63,331 nt of DNA, filler included, from 9 parts of 9 records of this genome joined end to end with filler, not necessarily neighbours in it; one strand, 5' to 3'; shown: positions 9,924-21,145, numbered from the whole stretch's first letter. Translations and numbers: made by a program. Notes: generated by a model from the sequence alone, not told the origin.

Positions 9924-10543
9924 AAAGCGTGTAAAAGGGATTAGACCAGGCTGCCTGGTTTTTTCATCTTCCATTCCGGGAAAATACAGGCCGTCCTGTT
10001 GTTCGGCTATTTATAAATGCACCCGCGGGTGAACGAAACGCCCACAGACCGGACGGCATCTCCTTTGTCGGCCTTATCAGGTATTCCCCTTCATTCCTGG
10101 GATCCAGAGCCGAGCCCGAAAAGATGTTTTGCATTGGGAGTTTCAATGCTGCGCTGCTCACCGGCCGGCACCCGGTTTTTTTAAGGTATGGTAAAAAAAG
10201 CTGATCCAATGGTCTGTACATGGCCTTTGCAGGGTTTTGGACTGCGGCTTTTTGTGTGCTGCAACCATGTTGAAAGGCCTAACTTTTCTTTATATGTCAA
10301 AGTTTGCCCTGCCCGCAAGTCAAAAAATGCGGAAAAATGGCAGGCCGTATGAAGTTTGCTGCGCCGGCGGGACAATCGGACCCTGTTCCGGACGATAGTG
10401 CAAAAAATACGGAAGATATTACCGGCCAGCCAATGATCCCTCCTGTATAAGTCCCCAATGGTTATGTATTCCAGTTTATGTTCCAGCGGAATGAATTGAA
10501 AATTTAAGGACAAATGGCATCAGCCTGTTGCGGAGAAAATTAA

Positions 10544-12583
10544 ATGAACCAATTGTGGAAAAGGTCCTGGGCGTACGGATTATTCATCATTTCATTCATA
10601 CTGGCGGGATCCTGCACGGCCTTTGGGGACCCCTGCCAGCTTGAATCCATCACCGTGACCGCGGACAAGCGGGCGGAAAATATCCAGAAAGTCCCCATGG
10701 CCATTTCGGCCTTTACCGGAGCCGAACTGGAAGACGCCGGCATCGAGACCGTTCCCGATGTGGTCCGTATGATTCCCGGCCTGAATATGAATGTGGAAGC
10801 GCCCATGTGGCACGGGGTCAGCTACAGGGGGATCGGGGTGAGTACCTTTACCGCCAAAAACCCCGTGGTGATCTTTATGGACGGGATCCCCCTGGACAGC
10901 CGGACGGATTGGGATTCGGATCTGTTCAATGTGGAACGGGTGGAGTTTCTTCGGGGGCCCCAGGGCACATTATACGGAAAAAGTGCCATCGCAGGCGTTA
11001 TCAATATCATTTCCAAGAAACCGGACAACCGGGTCTCCTCCCAGCTCACCGGGAAATGGGGGGAGAATGACACTTACGGGATCAAGGGGTTTGTGAACTG
11101 CCCCCTGATAAAGGACAAACTTTTTCTCGGTCTCTCCGCCACATATGATGAGACCGGGGGATATATGACCAATGACCACCCCGGAGAGGACTATTTTGAC
11201 CATGAACAGCGGAAAACGGCCAAGGCCCTGGTCAGATGGTTCCCCTCGGATCAATTGGAACTCACCTTCCGGGGCGGGGTGGACCAGACAGAGAACGGCA
11301 CCGGGCCGAGCATCGGTGGCAAAGAGGTCCGCTACCATGAAACCCGGAATCCTGATGACAAAAGCGATTCCCATGGGTTTGATTCCGCCTTGAATGTCAG
11401 CTATCGGGGCCAACTTGCCCAGTTTAACTCCGTGACCACCTTTAGGGAAACAGACATTGATTTCAGGCAGGATAACACCTTTGTGCATCCCAGAAACCTG
11501 GGGCGGTTTTCAGATACCCAGGGCCAAACCTTTACCCAGGAGTTTCGGCTCCAGTCCCTTGACAGTGCAGACGGGATCAAATGGATCGCCGGCCTTTTTT
11601 ATTCCGATGAAAACAGCCGGGCCGACGAATTCGGCGTTGCCAGTAAAAGGAAGTATAGTATGAAATTTGACTGGCCCTATGATCTGGATGAAAAGACCAT
11701 GGCCGCTTTCGGCCAGGCCACCATCCCCCTGACCTCCGCCCTGGATTTTACCGCCGGGCTGAGGTACGAAAAAACCGAAAAGGCCCTGGATTATAAAGGA
11801 ACCGTCACCCGGATGGATACGGGCCAGGTGACCTCAAATGTCCAATGGGAACGAGAAGAAGACTGGGACGCCCTGCTGCCCAAAGGGGTGTTGTCATGGA
11901 CCGTCAATCCCGACGCCATGGTCTATTTCAGCGTTGCCCAGGGATATCTGGCCGGCGGGCTCAATAAAACCTTTGATGACCGGGACCGGGTCAAATTTGA
12001 TGAAGAGACCGCATTGAACTATGAAATCGGGGCCAAAACCGCATGGATGGACAACCGGCTCATTGTCAACGCCACCCTCTTTTATGTGGACATCGAGGAT
12101 ATGCATGTTTACAGCCAGCCCCAGCCCGGTATTTTTGTGGCATCCAATGCAGCCAAGGCCCACAGCCAGGGCATAGAAATCGAAGCAAAGGCCCGGCCCT
12201 TTCAGGGGCTGGATATTACCGGGGCCTTTTCATGGATCGATGCTGAATTTGACGAATATAAGCATTTTGAAGGCAATACACCCACCTTTACCCCGGAATA
12301 CACCCTCTTTCTCAGTGCCCAATATCGCCATGAGACCGGATTTTTTATCCGGGGAGAGATGGAAGGATATGGCGAAACCTTTTATGACGCAGGCAATAAG
12401 GTCCGGCGGGATCCCATGGAATTGTTCAACGCCAAAATCGGGTATGAAACCGGGAGCTGGGACATCTATGCCTATGCAGACAATCTATTTGACAAGGAAT
12501 ATTTTACCAGGATGTCCAGCCGTGCGGGAAATATGGTGGGTGCCCCCCGGACACTGGGTGTGATGGCATCTATCCGCTTTTAA
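10544..12583 (+). CDS. TonB-dependent receptor
   Basis: TonB-box-like ESITVTADKR, plug motif ERVEFLRGPQGTLYG, DNLFDKEY, C-terminal Phe. Confidence 0.95.
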   Translation: MNQLWKRSWAYGLFIISFILAGSCTAFGDPCQLESITVTADKRAENIQKVPMAISAFTGAELEDAGIETVPDVVRMIPGLNMNVEAPMWHGVSYRGIGVSTFTAKNPVVIFMDGIPLDSRTDWDSDLFNVERVEFLRGPQGTLYGKSAIAGVINIISKKPDNRVSSQLTGKWGENDTYGIKGFVNCPLIKDKLFLGLSATYDETGGYMTNDHPGEDYFDHEQRKTAKALVRWFPSDQLELTFRGGVDQTENGTGPSIGGKEVRYHETRNPDDKSDSHGFDSALNVSYRGQLAQFNSVTTFRETDIDFRQDNTFVHPRNLGRFSDTQGQTFTQEFRLQSLDSADGIKWIAGLFYSDENSRADEFGVASKRKYSMKFDWPYDLDEKTMAAFGQATIPLTSALDFTAGLRYEKTEKALDYKGTVTRMDTGQVTSNVQWEREEDWDALLPKGVLSWTVNPDAMVYFSVAQGYLAGGLNKTFDDRDRVKFDEETALNYEIGAKTAWMDNRLIVNATLFYVDIEDMHVYSQPQPGIFVASNAAKAHSQGIEIEAKARPFQGLDITGAFSWIDAEFDEYKHFEGNTPTFTPEYTLFLSAQYRHETGFFIRGEMEGYGETFYDAGNKVRRDPMELFNAKIGYETGSWDIYAYADNLFDKEYFTRMSSRAGNMVGAPRTLGVMASIRF

Positions 12584-12604
12584 TGATTCCAAGGAGACCC
12601 AAGT

Positions 12605-13615
12605 ATGGCAGATAAGCCCCAAAGATTTCCTGAACCGCCCGGGGGCGCCCGGGATCTCATCGACTGCATCATAGAACCCATGATGAAGGCCAAGCTGTTG
12701 CTGACCGCCCTGGAGATGGATCTGTTTACCGGTCTTAAAGCGCCTAAAACCGCCAAAGAGGTTGCGGCCCCATTGGGCACCCATCACGGGAATACCGGTT
12801 TTTTTCTGGACGGGCTTTCGGCCTGCGGTTTTCTGGTCAAGGAGGGGGAGCGGTATACCAATGCCAAAGGTTTTGCTCCCTTTTTGGATAAGGATTCTCA
12901 GTTTTATGTGGGAGCCGGCCTTTTATCCAATTACCGATGGATCGCCCCGGGCATGGAAAAAATGAAAGTGCTGTTGGAGAAGGGTCCGGATGGGAAAAAT
13001 CGGATATCCGCCCCCCAGACCTGGGTGGACGCCACGGCAGGGCTTGCACAACTCCAGAAATCCGGAGGACTGCACCAGGTCCGGCATATGGTCACGGCCC
13101 TGGACGGGTTTGCCGGATTTGAAAAAATGCTGGATCTTGGGTGCGGCGCAGGCCTTATCGGCATGTCCGTTATTGACGCCCACCCGGCCATGTCCGGGGT
13201 GTTTTTCGATATCCCCCAGGTGATTGAGCTCACTGCAGCCTATGTCAAAGAATATGATATGGAAGACAGGATCCGCCTTATGGGCGGGGATATGCTCAGG
13301 GACGATATCGGGACGGGGTATGATCTCATCCTGGCAAGCCAGTCCCTTTCCTTTGCCAAGGCGGACCTTGACGGCATGATGGGCAAAATGTACAGGGCCC
13401 TGAATCCCGGCGGGGTGCTGGTATCCCTGAACGGGGTATATGACAGGGAGGCGCCTGCCCCTCATATTCTGAATACACTGGGGACCATCATGGCCGAATC
13501 CAATTTTATGCTCGCCAAGGGGGCTGTGGCCCGGGCTGCGGAACGGGCGGGCTTTGCCAGGGTGACCCGCCTTGATTCCCCGCCGGGGATGGACGTGGAC
13601 CTGGCTGTAAAATGA
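12605..13615 (+). CDS. SAM-dependent O-methyltransferase (dimerisation + Methyltransf_2 type)
   Basis: N-terminal winged-helix dimerisation region; LDLGCGAG, FFDIP, and ALNPGG motifs. Confidence 0.88.
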   Translation: MADKPQRFPEPPGGARDLIDCIIEPMMKAKLLLTALEMDLFTGLKAPKTAKEVAAPLGTHHGNTGFFLDGLSACGFLVKEGERYTNAKGFAPFLDKDSQFYVGAGLLSNYRWIAPGMEKMKVLLEKGPDGKNRISAPQTWVDATAGLAQLQKSGGLHQVRHMVTALDGFAGFEKMLDLGCGAGLIGMSVIDAHPAMSGVFFDIPQVIELTAAYVKEYDMEDRIRLMGGDMLRDDIGTGYDLILASQSLSFAKADLDGMMGKMYRALNPGGVLVSLNGVYDREAPAPHILNTLGTIMAESNFMLAKGAVARAAERAGFARVTRLDSPPGMDVDLAVK

Positions 13616-14752
13616 AGATATTCGGATCTGACCAAAGGAATTTTGGCATGGGAAAATTAATGATTTGGGTTGTTTTGGCTCTGCTGGCATTTGACCCGGC
13701 ATGGGCCGGCCAGGCCACAGGGCGCTCTGATCTGCCCGGGGCGGCAAAGGCCGCCTTTAAGCCTGTGACATTCACTGATGCCTTTGGCAGAGAGATCACC
13801 GTCAGAAAGCCTTTGGAGAAAATCTCCATCGGCCATCATTTTTTTGCCGAGTTTCTGGCCGGTATCGGCGCCCGGGACCTTATTGTCACCGTGATTCCCT
13901 CAATCACCGAGGAAAAAATATTTTATCCGGAACTGAGCCAAAAAAAAGCTGTGAGCCCCATGTATGAATCCCCGGATTTTGAGTCCATTATTGCTTCGGG
14001 GGCCCAGGCCTATATTGTAAACGGGATCCATGCCTGTGAAAAAAATTATCATCAGGCCGTTGACAAGCTGGAGCCCGGGGTTCAGGTCATCGGTCTTTTA
14101 ACCACGACCATGGATGATTTTTACGGTGCCGTCACCATGCTGGGCCGGATTACGGCCCGGGAAGCCCAGGCTGCGGCATATAACCGGTTTCAGCTGGATG
14201 TTCTGGAGATGATCCGGGCCCGGGTTGCCGACATCGGCGACACAGAGCGGGTTCAGGTCTATTTTGAACCCCTGCATAAAGGCTGGACCGTGAATGACAA
14301 TTGCATGGGATTCGGATATCAGATTCCCACGGCAGGCGGGATCAATATCGCAGGCCGGCATTTGAACCATGATCTTGAGTGGTTTGAAGCGGATAAGGAA
14401 TGGCTGGCCACCCAGAATCCGGACATCATCCTTTTGCGCACCCCTAACCTATGGGCAGGGGTATGATGAAGACGGGTTCGGCACCATGAAAAAGCATATC
14501 CTGGAATCCATGTCCCGCCCCGAACTTTGTCAAAGCAATGCCGTGAAAAATAAACGGGTCTATTCCATGGCCTGGGACCTGATCGGCACACCGCGGATGT
14601 TTATCGGCATGGCCTACATGGCCAAGCTCTTTTACCCGGAACGGTTTAAGGATATGGACCCCCGGGCCATCCATCAAAGATATCTGGATACCTTTATGAA
14701 GATTGATTTTAATCTGAGCCAGCACGGCAGTTTTATCTATCCTGCCGAATAA
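13612..14752 (+). CDS. Iron-chelate/cobalamin ABC transporter substrate-binding protein (frameshift near 14441-14444)
   Basis: FTDAFGREIT and NPDII in the first frame, NAVKNKRVY and AKLFYPE in the second; shift lies in a C run. Confidence 0.85.
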
Positions 14753-14775
14753 CCCGGCACAAGGGCAATAGACCA

Positions 14776-15113
14776 ATGCGCAGCACCTGTCATCCCGCAG
14801 TCAACAGCGGAATCATCCCGGAGCATATCAGAGGCAAACGCCGGAAGTGGGGATTTTTAATCCTGTTGATTCCTCTCCTTTTGACGGTCTCCCTCATTTC
14901 CCTGACCACCGGCAGTGCCGGGCTTTCCCTGGGGGATGTAATATCCGCGGTTATGGGGGAGGGCGGGAAAACATCTGCCCATATCGTGGTCTGGCAGCTC
15001 CGTCTGCCCCGGATTCTCATGGCGGTTTTAGCGGGCATCGGGCTTGGCATTTCAGGCGGTGTCATGCAGGGGATACTCCGCAATCCCCTGGCCGATCCCT
15101 ATATGCTGGGGAT
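14776..15113 (+). CDS. FecCD family ABC permease (3' truncated)
   Basis: LRLPRILMA and QGILRNPLADPYMLG motifs. Confidence 0.92.
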
Positions 15114-15213
15114 NNNNNNNNNNNNNNNNNNNNNNNNNNNNNNNNNNNNNNNNNNNNTTAATTAATTAANNNNNNNNNNNNNNNNNNNNNNNNNNNNNNN
15201 NNNNNNNNNNNNN
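15114..15213. other. Artificial contig linker
   Basis: N-TTAATTAATTAA-N. Confidence 0.99.
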
Positions 15214-15484
15214 GGTTTAACTTTAAGGACCTTTCAATGTTGGATTTTGCAAGTTTATAATTACCTACAATATAATATACCTGTGATTTAAGCTGAAAAA
15301 TGTAGAAGTTTTCAGGAGACAATACCAGGGCTTCGTTGTAGAATTTTAATGCTTCATTATAATTTCCTTCTTTTGTTTGAATACTTCCTTCCAACACCAG
15401 ATCTTTAATTTTATCGATCTGTGCGTTTGATGAAAAAATCAAACAAGTCAAAGCAGTTAACAGGATATATTTTATTCTATTCAT
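15214..15484 (-). CDS. Secreted TPR-repeat protein (3' truncated)
   Basis: Signal peptide MNRIKYILL..SNAQ; TPR pattern GNYNEALKFYNEALVLSP. Confidence 0.75.
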
Positions 15485-15612
15485 AAAAATCAAATTTTGG
15501 CAAAGATCGGAACAATATGATTGTGATAGTTTTAAAAAAGCATAAAAGGAAGGGGAGATCGCAAGGTTCATTTCTGTAAATTATGTACTTTCCCCTTTCA
15601 TTTTAATAGCGT

Positions 15613-17577
15613 ATGCAAGAAATTAGAAATATAGGTATTATTGCTCACGTTGATGCAGGAAAAACTACGATAACGGAAGGCTTTCTGCATATGACCGGAG
15701 CTCTACGTGAAAAGGGAAGTGTAGATAAAGGAACCGCTCAAACGGATAGTTTGGAAATTGAACGTCAGCGCGGAATCTCTGTGAAGGCTGCACTTACTTC
15801 GATACAATGGAAAGATTGTAAGATCAACATTATAGACTCTCCCGGGCACGCTGATTTTGTTTCAGAAGTAGAAAGATCATTGATGGCTATGGATGCGGCA
15901 GTATTAGTAATTAATGCTGTGGATGGAGTACAAGGTCAAACTAGTATATTGTGGAATGCTTTGAGACAGAGAAATATGCCGGTAATTTTATTTGTGAATA
16001 AGATTGACAGAGCCGGGGCTGATGTTGAAAGAGTATTATCTGATATTCGTAAAGAATTAAGCAAAGACATATTGCCAATACAAGAAGTTAATGGAGAGGG
16101 GACTGATTCTGCTGAGATTTCACCAAAGAGTACGATGCGTTCAATGCAAGTTAATTACGATGAGGAAAAGATTGAGTTTCTTGCAAGTTACAGTGAGCCA
16201 TTATTTGAGAGGTATTTAAATGATGATATTCCAAGCAATGAAGAATTGCATGATTTAACAGCTTGGTTGTGTTCAAAAGTTGAGATTTTTCCTGTTATGT
16301 ATGGATCCGCGAAGCATGAGTTGGGATTACAGGAATTGTTGGATGGAATAAGGGAATACTTACCATCCCCTGCAGTTAAAGATAGTGATGAGCTTAGTGG
16401 GATCGTTTATCATGTTAGTCATGATAAGAAGCTGGGCAAGATGGCTGGAGTTAAGATCTTAAGTGGAGGTCTTAAAATACGAGATAGTGTTTTGGTCTCA
16501 GCGACAGAAGAAGAAACAAAGATTAATCAGATTAGAGTATCCAAAGAAGGAAAGATTGAAAATGTAAATGAGATACATGCAGGTGAAGTTGGTTTGATTA
16601 GTGGATTGGGCAGCGCAAAAGTAGGGGATTATATCGGGCAGAATCCTGGTATTACAGATCAGGGACAAATCGGTCAGCCTTTACTATCGACAAAGGTTCT
16701 TCCTGAAGAGGAATCAATGATTGCGGAATTAGCAAAAGCATTAACAGAGCTGTCACTTGAAGACCCTGCACTTGATTTTAACTGGTTTAAAGAAGAAAAT
16801 GAACTCCAGTTAAAGATCATGGGGTGGATGCAGTTGGATGCATTGAAGTTTATGTTGGAAGATCGTTATTATATGAAAGTTCAGTTTGAAGAACCTTCCG
16901 TTATTTATAAAGAAACACCAAAGACTGAAGGTTTCGGGTATGAGCGATATACAATGCCAAAACCATGTTGGGCTGTTGTGAAATTTGAGATTTCACCAGG
17001 AGAGCGAGGAAGCGGTTGGGTGTATGAATCAAAGATAAGTGTAGATAAAGTACATCAGAAATATCAAAATGAGGTTGAAAGGACTATTCCACATGCTTTA
17101 AAACAGGGTATAAAAGGTTGGGAAGTTACAGACCTGAAAATATCATTGATAGATGGAGAAGATCATGAGATTCATTCCCGTCCGGGCGATTTCATTTTAG
17201 CAACGAAGGTTGGATTAATGGAAGGGTTGAACAAGATAAATACTACCTTACTGGAACCGATATTATCCTTTACCATTTTTGCTCCTGAAGAAATGCTAGG
17301 GAAGGTAGTAAGTGATATTACACAGATGAGAGGTAGTTTTGAGACACCCGATATAATTGGAGATCGATTTGAGATGAAGGGCTTGATTCCATTGGCAAGT
17401 TCGATGGATTATTCTGTTAAGTTAACATCCAGATCTGGTGGGAAAGCCAGAATCTTCACACAGTTTCATTCCTATCAACCCTGTACAGATGAGGAAGGTG
17501 TTGTAAGAGAGTATAAAGGACTTAGTCCATTGAACAGAGGGAAATATATTTTACAACATAGAGGTGCAATTCAATAA
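15613..17577 (+). CDS. EF-G-like translational GTPase of the TetM/TetO ribosomal-protection-like family
   Basis: AHVDAGKTT, RGIS, DSPGH, NKID; 654 aa with RPP-type layout but lacking the YSPVST loop. Confidence 0.85.
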   Translation: MQEIRNIGIIAHVDAGKTTITEGFLHMTGALREKGSVDKGTAQTDSLEIERQRGISVKAALTSIQWKDCKINIIDSPGHADFVSEVERSLMAMDAAVLVINAVDGVQGQTSILWNALRQRNMPVILFVNKIDRAGADVERVLSDIRKELSKDILPIQEVNGEGTDSAEISPKSTMRSMQVNYDEEKIEFLASYSEPLFERYLNDDIPSNEELHDLTAWLCSKVEIFPVMYGSAKHELGLQELLDGIREYLPSPAVKDSDELSGIVYHVSHDKKLGKMAGVKILSGGLKIRDSVLVSATEEETKINQIRVSKEGKIENVNEIHAGEVGLISGLGSAKVGDYIGQNPGITDQGQIGQPLLSTKVLPEEESMIAELAKALTELSLEDPALDFNWFKEENELQLKIMGWMQLDALKFMLEDRYYMKVQFEEPSVIYKETPKTEGFGYERYTMPKPCWAVVKFEISPGERGSGWVYESKISVDKVHQKYQNEVERTIPHALKQGIKGWEVTDLKISLIDGEDHEIHSRPGDFILATKVGLMEGLNKINTTLLEPILSFTIFAPEEMLGKVVSDITQMRGSFETPDIIGDRFEMKGLIPLASSMDYSVKLTSRSGGKARIFTQFHSYQPCTDEEGVVREYKGLSPLNRGKYILQHRGAIQ

Positions 17578-17684
17578 ATAATTCTTCAGATATGAAGATT
17601 ATTTTCTAACTTGCTTTCACCTTATAAGAAGGTAAAATTAGTAGTGTTTAAATGAATGAATAATTGTGCTAAAACATTAGACTC

Positions 17685-18452
17685 ATGGAATATAAAATAT
17701 TACAGAAAGAGTTGACAGACGGGGTTGCAACGATTACAATCAGTCGTCCAAAAGCTTTGAATGCGTTGAATTCACAGTTCTTTGATGAACTTGACAGCAT
17801 GATTGAAGAGCTAAATAAAGATGAAGATGTGAGAGTTGTAATTCTTACAGGAGAAGGAAAAGCATTTGTGGCAGGTGCTGACATTGCTGAAATGGTTGAT
17901 ATGAACTCGGAAGAAGGAAAAGCCTTCGGACAGCGAGGTCAAAGAAGTTTCAGAAATATTGAATTAGCAAAGATGCCATTTATAGCGATGGTTAACGGTT
18001 TTGCTTTAGGTGGTGGTCTTGAATTAGCTATGGCTTGTGATATCAGAATTGCAGGTGAAAAAGCTAAGTTTGGCATGCCAGAGGTTAATCTTGGATTAAT
18101 TCCGGGATATGCTGGTACACAAAGGCTACCAAGGCTTGTTGGTCCTGGGAATGCTAAATATTTAATTTATTCGGCTGAGGTTATTGATGCTGCAACAGCA
18201 TTAAATATGGGGCTTGTACAAAAGGTGGTAGCTCAGGATGAGTTAGCTGAAGTGTGTAATAAATTTGCAGAGCAGATTGCTTCGAAAGGTCCGGATGCAG
18301 TTAGGAATGCAAAGAAAGTAATAGATGCTGGAATTCAGCAGGGACTTGAGAAGGGTTCAGAGGTTGAAAGTGAAGCTTTTGGCTCTTTATTCGGAAATCA
18401 GGGAACTGAAGGAATGCAGGCATTTTTAGAGAAAAGAAATCCAAATTGGTAA
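17685..18452 (+). CDS. Enoyl-CoA hydratase (crotonase)
   Basis: AFVAGADI, GFALGGGLELAMACD, and PEVNLG motifs. Confidence 0.93.
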   Translation: MEYKILQKELTDGVATITISRPKALNALNSQFFDELDSMIEELNKDEDVRVVILTGEGKAFVAGADIAEMVDMNSEEGKAFGQRGQRSFRNIELAKMPFIAMVNGFALGGGLELAMACDIRIAGEKAKFGMPEVNLGLIPGYAGTQRLPRLVGPGNAKYLIYSAEVIDAATALNMGLVQKVVAQDELAEVCNKFAEQIASKGPDAVRNAKKVIDAGIQQGLEKGSEVESEAFGSLFGNQGTEGMQAFLEKRNPNW

Positions 18453-18471
18453 ATCAAATAACTTGTAGAAT

Positions 18472-19800
18472 ATGAATTACGCAGACAAACTTTCAAATGT
18501 AACCGTTCTGGGTGCTGCCGGTAAAATGGGTAGTGGAATTTTATTATTAACGGCTCTTGAGTTGACAAGATTAAAGCTATTACCTGAGAATAAAGGGAAA
18601 AGCTTTGTTGTAAATGCTATGGATCTTTCAGAGGAAGGATTGCAAGGACTTGTAGCTTATCTAAAGAAGCAAGCTTCGAAATCAGCTCAAAAGAAACCAG
18701 AAAAAATTGCAGCGCTTTATGCTGAAGAAATTCCTGCAGAAGAATTAGAAGCTCGTTATGTTGAGGATGTAATGAGTGTTGTAAATACAACTACAACTTT
18801 GAAACCGGCTTATGATTCTGAAATAATCTTTGAAGCGGTTAGTGAAAACCCTGATCTTAAAGTAAAGATTTTCTCAGAGATCAATGATAATTCTACTACA
18901 GAGCCTTGGTTCTTTACTAATACTTCGTCTATTCCAATTCAATTGATCGACGATCGTACCAAATTAGATGGTAGAACATTAGGATTTCACTTTTACAACC
19001 CTCCTGCTATTCAAAAATTAGCTGAGATTATTAGAGGAGAAAAGACTAAGGATGAATTATTTGATTTTGCTTTAGAGTTAGCTAAGAACTTGAGAAAAGT
19101 TGTTGTGAACTCAAATGACTTTGCTGGATTTATTGGTAATGGTCACTTCATGCGAGATGCTCTATATGGAATTCAAAGAGTTGAAGAACTTATGAAAGAG
19201 ATGAGCTTTGCTCAGGCTATTCAGGTTGTGAATACTGTTACTCAACGTTACCTTGTTCGACCAATGGGTATCTTCCAGTTGGTTGATTATGTTGGTATTG
19301 ATGTGGTTCAATATATTATGAACGTTATGAATCCATATCTTGAGAATGAAGATCTTCACAGTGATTTATTAGATAAGTTCATTGAAAAAGGCGTTAAGGG
19401 TGGACAAAACTCTGATGGCTCTCAAAAAGATGGTATTCTAAAGTATGAAGGACCAAAAATTGTTGGGATTTATGATCTTGATAAGGGAGAATATGTTGCG
19501 GTAGAAGACGTAAAAGAAGCGGCTAAAGAATTTATTGGCGCCGGACCTGAAAGTATGATAAGCTGGAAAGATGCTATGAAAGCTGAAAATAGAGATGAGG
19601 TATTAGCGAAGATGTTCAATGACCTTAAAGCTATGGATACTAAAGGAGCTAGATTGGCTGTTGCATATGGTCAGAATTCTAAGAAGATTGGTGAATTACT
19701 TATCAATATGAATGTTGCTGCAAATAGTAAAGATGTGAATACAGTACTTATGACTGGGTTCTTCCATTCATATGGTCCTGTAAATGAATATTTCGACTAA
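18472..19800 (+). CDS. 3-hydroxyacyl-CoA dehydrogenase family protein
   Basis: GAAGKMG, EAVSE, NTSS, HFYNP, and GFIGN motifs; follows the crotonase. Confidence 0.9.
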   Translation: MNYADKLSNVTVLGAAGKMGSGILLLTALELTRLKLLPENKGKSFVVNAMDLSEEGLQGLVAYLKKQASKSAQKKPEKIAALYAEEIPAEELEARYVEDVMSVVNTTTTLKPAYDSEIIFEAVSENPDLKVKIFSEINDNSTTEPWFFTNTSSIPIQLIDDRTKLDGRTLGFHFYNPPAIQKLAEIIRGEKTKDELFDFALELAKNLRKVVVNSNDFAGFIGNGHFMRDALYGIQRVEELMKEMSFAQAIQVVNTVTQRYLVRPMGIFQLVDYVGIDVVQYIMNVMNPYLENEDLHSDLLDKFIEKGVKGGQNSDGSQKDGILKYEGPKIVGIYDLDKGEYVAVEDVKEAAKEFIGAGPESMISWKDAMKAENRDEVLAKMFNDLKAMDTKGARLAVAYGQNSKKIGELLINMNVAANSKDVNTVLMTGFFHSYGPVNEYFD

Positions 19801-19837
19801 TCAGAAAGAAATAGTCGAATACAGATTATACACGTTG

Positions 19838-19869
19838 GAGGTGGGCAATTTGCCTGCCTCTTTGCGTTT
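19838..19869 (+). terminator. Intrinsic terminator
   Basis: GAGGTGGGCA-loop-TGCCTGCCTC followed by TTT, between convergent genes. Confidence 0.6.
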
Positions 19870-19895
19870 ATGTTAGTATAGAAGAATGGGTGTTA

Positions 19896-20948
19896 TTAAT
19901 ATTCATCCTGAAAAAAGAGTTTATAGAAATGCATCCTCTTTTGATCATCCCATCCTTTCTCCAGGAATTCACGATTACCATGCACATAGATATGGAAGTT
20001 CTTATCCAATTTCAGAACACTTTTTCCTTTAATATACTTTTTAATCTGAGAGATTGCTTTTGGCGCAATGGAAAACTCATCCTTTAATATTGCTGGATTT
20101 TCTTCAGAAAACTGTTTTCTATATTCAGCAAAGGCCTGTTTCTCGTTCTCTTTTTCAAAGATTGCTTCCTCAAAAACTTTAGGCGTGAAATCTTTTTGTT
20201 CGTTAAAGAAACTAACTGATTTTTTAAGAAGATCAATTTGATCTGTTTTTTCAATAGCATTTTGTGTATTGTACACCTCCTCAACGAATCCGGCTACAAC
20301 TTCCAATTCGTTTTTTGTATAATAGAAATTATCTTTTCTGGCTTTAATGCCCAGGAATTGATCCTTCCAGAAATGAGCATTATCAAGTTTGTTTGTATTA
20401 TCAACCATCATAACCTTATATCCCAAGTCTTTCTCAGTATTCAGGATTAAACAGCCTTTATCCAACTTGTTAATGTTTATTCCATTTTCATGATTAACTT
20501 CAAAATTTTTATTGTGTAGATATACCTTGAGATATGGGTCTTTGTTCTCTGACTTAAATAAGCCAATTGCATCGACCACTTCTTCATCAATTATTAGATC
20601 TCTAAAATGACAGATATATAACTCACCAGCTTTAATCATCGGGTGGAGACTAGCTTCATACAGATGTTTAGCAATATGAATGGATTGTTCAAGGAAAAGA
20701 TCAGAATTGTTAAAAATATTATCACAATAATGATAAATCTCATTAAGGTTCAGACTGCTTTCATGTGTGAAACTAAAGTATTTTTCCTCTTTAAAAGGGC
20801 CTAGGAAATATTTGATAAGAAGTTCTTCAGTGATTTTGTCTTCAAGATTTATAGCTTGTTCAGAGAATTGAATTCCATCATTGTTGTTTTTGTTTCCAAC
20901 CTTATGAATTATTAATTTTTCAAGACTGTAATTCGATGTATCTACCAT
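19896..20948 (-). CDS. Nucleoid-associated protein (NdpA/YejK-like, Bacteroidota type)
   Basis: IIHKVGNK, HPMIKAGEL, GLFKSE, LDKGCLI, and KLDKNFHIY motifs; start codon uncertain (20948-20966). Confidence 0.82.
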   Translation of the reverse strand: MVDTSNYSLEKLIIHKVGNKNNNDGIQFSEQAINLEDKITEELLIKYFLGPFKEEKYFSFTHESSLNLNEIYHYCDNIFNNSDLFLEQSIHIAKHLYEASLHPMIKAGELYICHFRDLIIDEEVVDAIGLFKSENKDPYLKVYLHNKNFEVNHENGININKLDKGCLILNTEKDLGYKVMMVDNTNKLDNAHFWKDQFLGIKARKDNFYYTKNELEVVAGFVEEVYNTQNAIEKTDQIDLLKKSVSFFNEQKDFTPKVFEEAIFEKENEKQAFAEYRKQFSEENPAILKDEFSIAPKAISQIKKYIKGKSVLKLDKNFHIYVHGNREFLEKGWDDQKRMHFYKLFFQDEY

Positions 20949-21145
20949 AGTCATTGCTTTTAACAAATATAGCTTTAAATCCGTAACGAGTTCTTATGAA
21001 AGTGAAATGAAGTAGAGGTCGCTGGCGCTCCCAATCTGGAGTTGCGTATCAATCTATTTGTAGAATTCGGATATTACACTTCAACCTTGTTCTTAATTCC
21101 TGATGTGGGATTAAAATTGGTAATTGGAGAGAATAGAAGGAGTGT

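Noticed and set aside
9924-10543. Cobalamin or c-di-GMP riboswitch upstream of the TonB receptor
   Set aside because: No B12-box or GCCACTG core found; the minus-strand CAGGGCAAAC lacks the GAAA loop and GACGCAAA partner.
14369-14752. Separate 127-aa gene or programmed frameshift
   Set aside because: It is the C-terminal continuation of the binding protein after a single-base shift in a C run.
15613-17577. Bona fide tetM/tetQ resistance gene on a mobile element
   Set aside because: Lacks the YSPVST loop; no mobility genes or leader peptide are evident.
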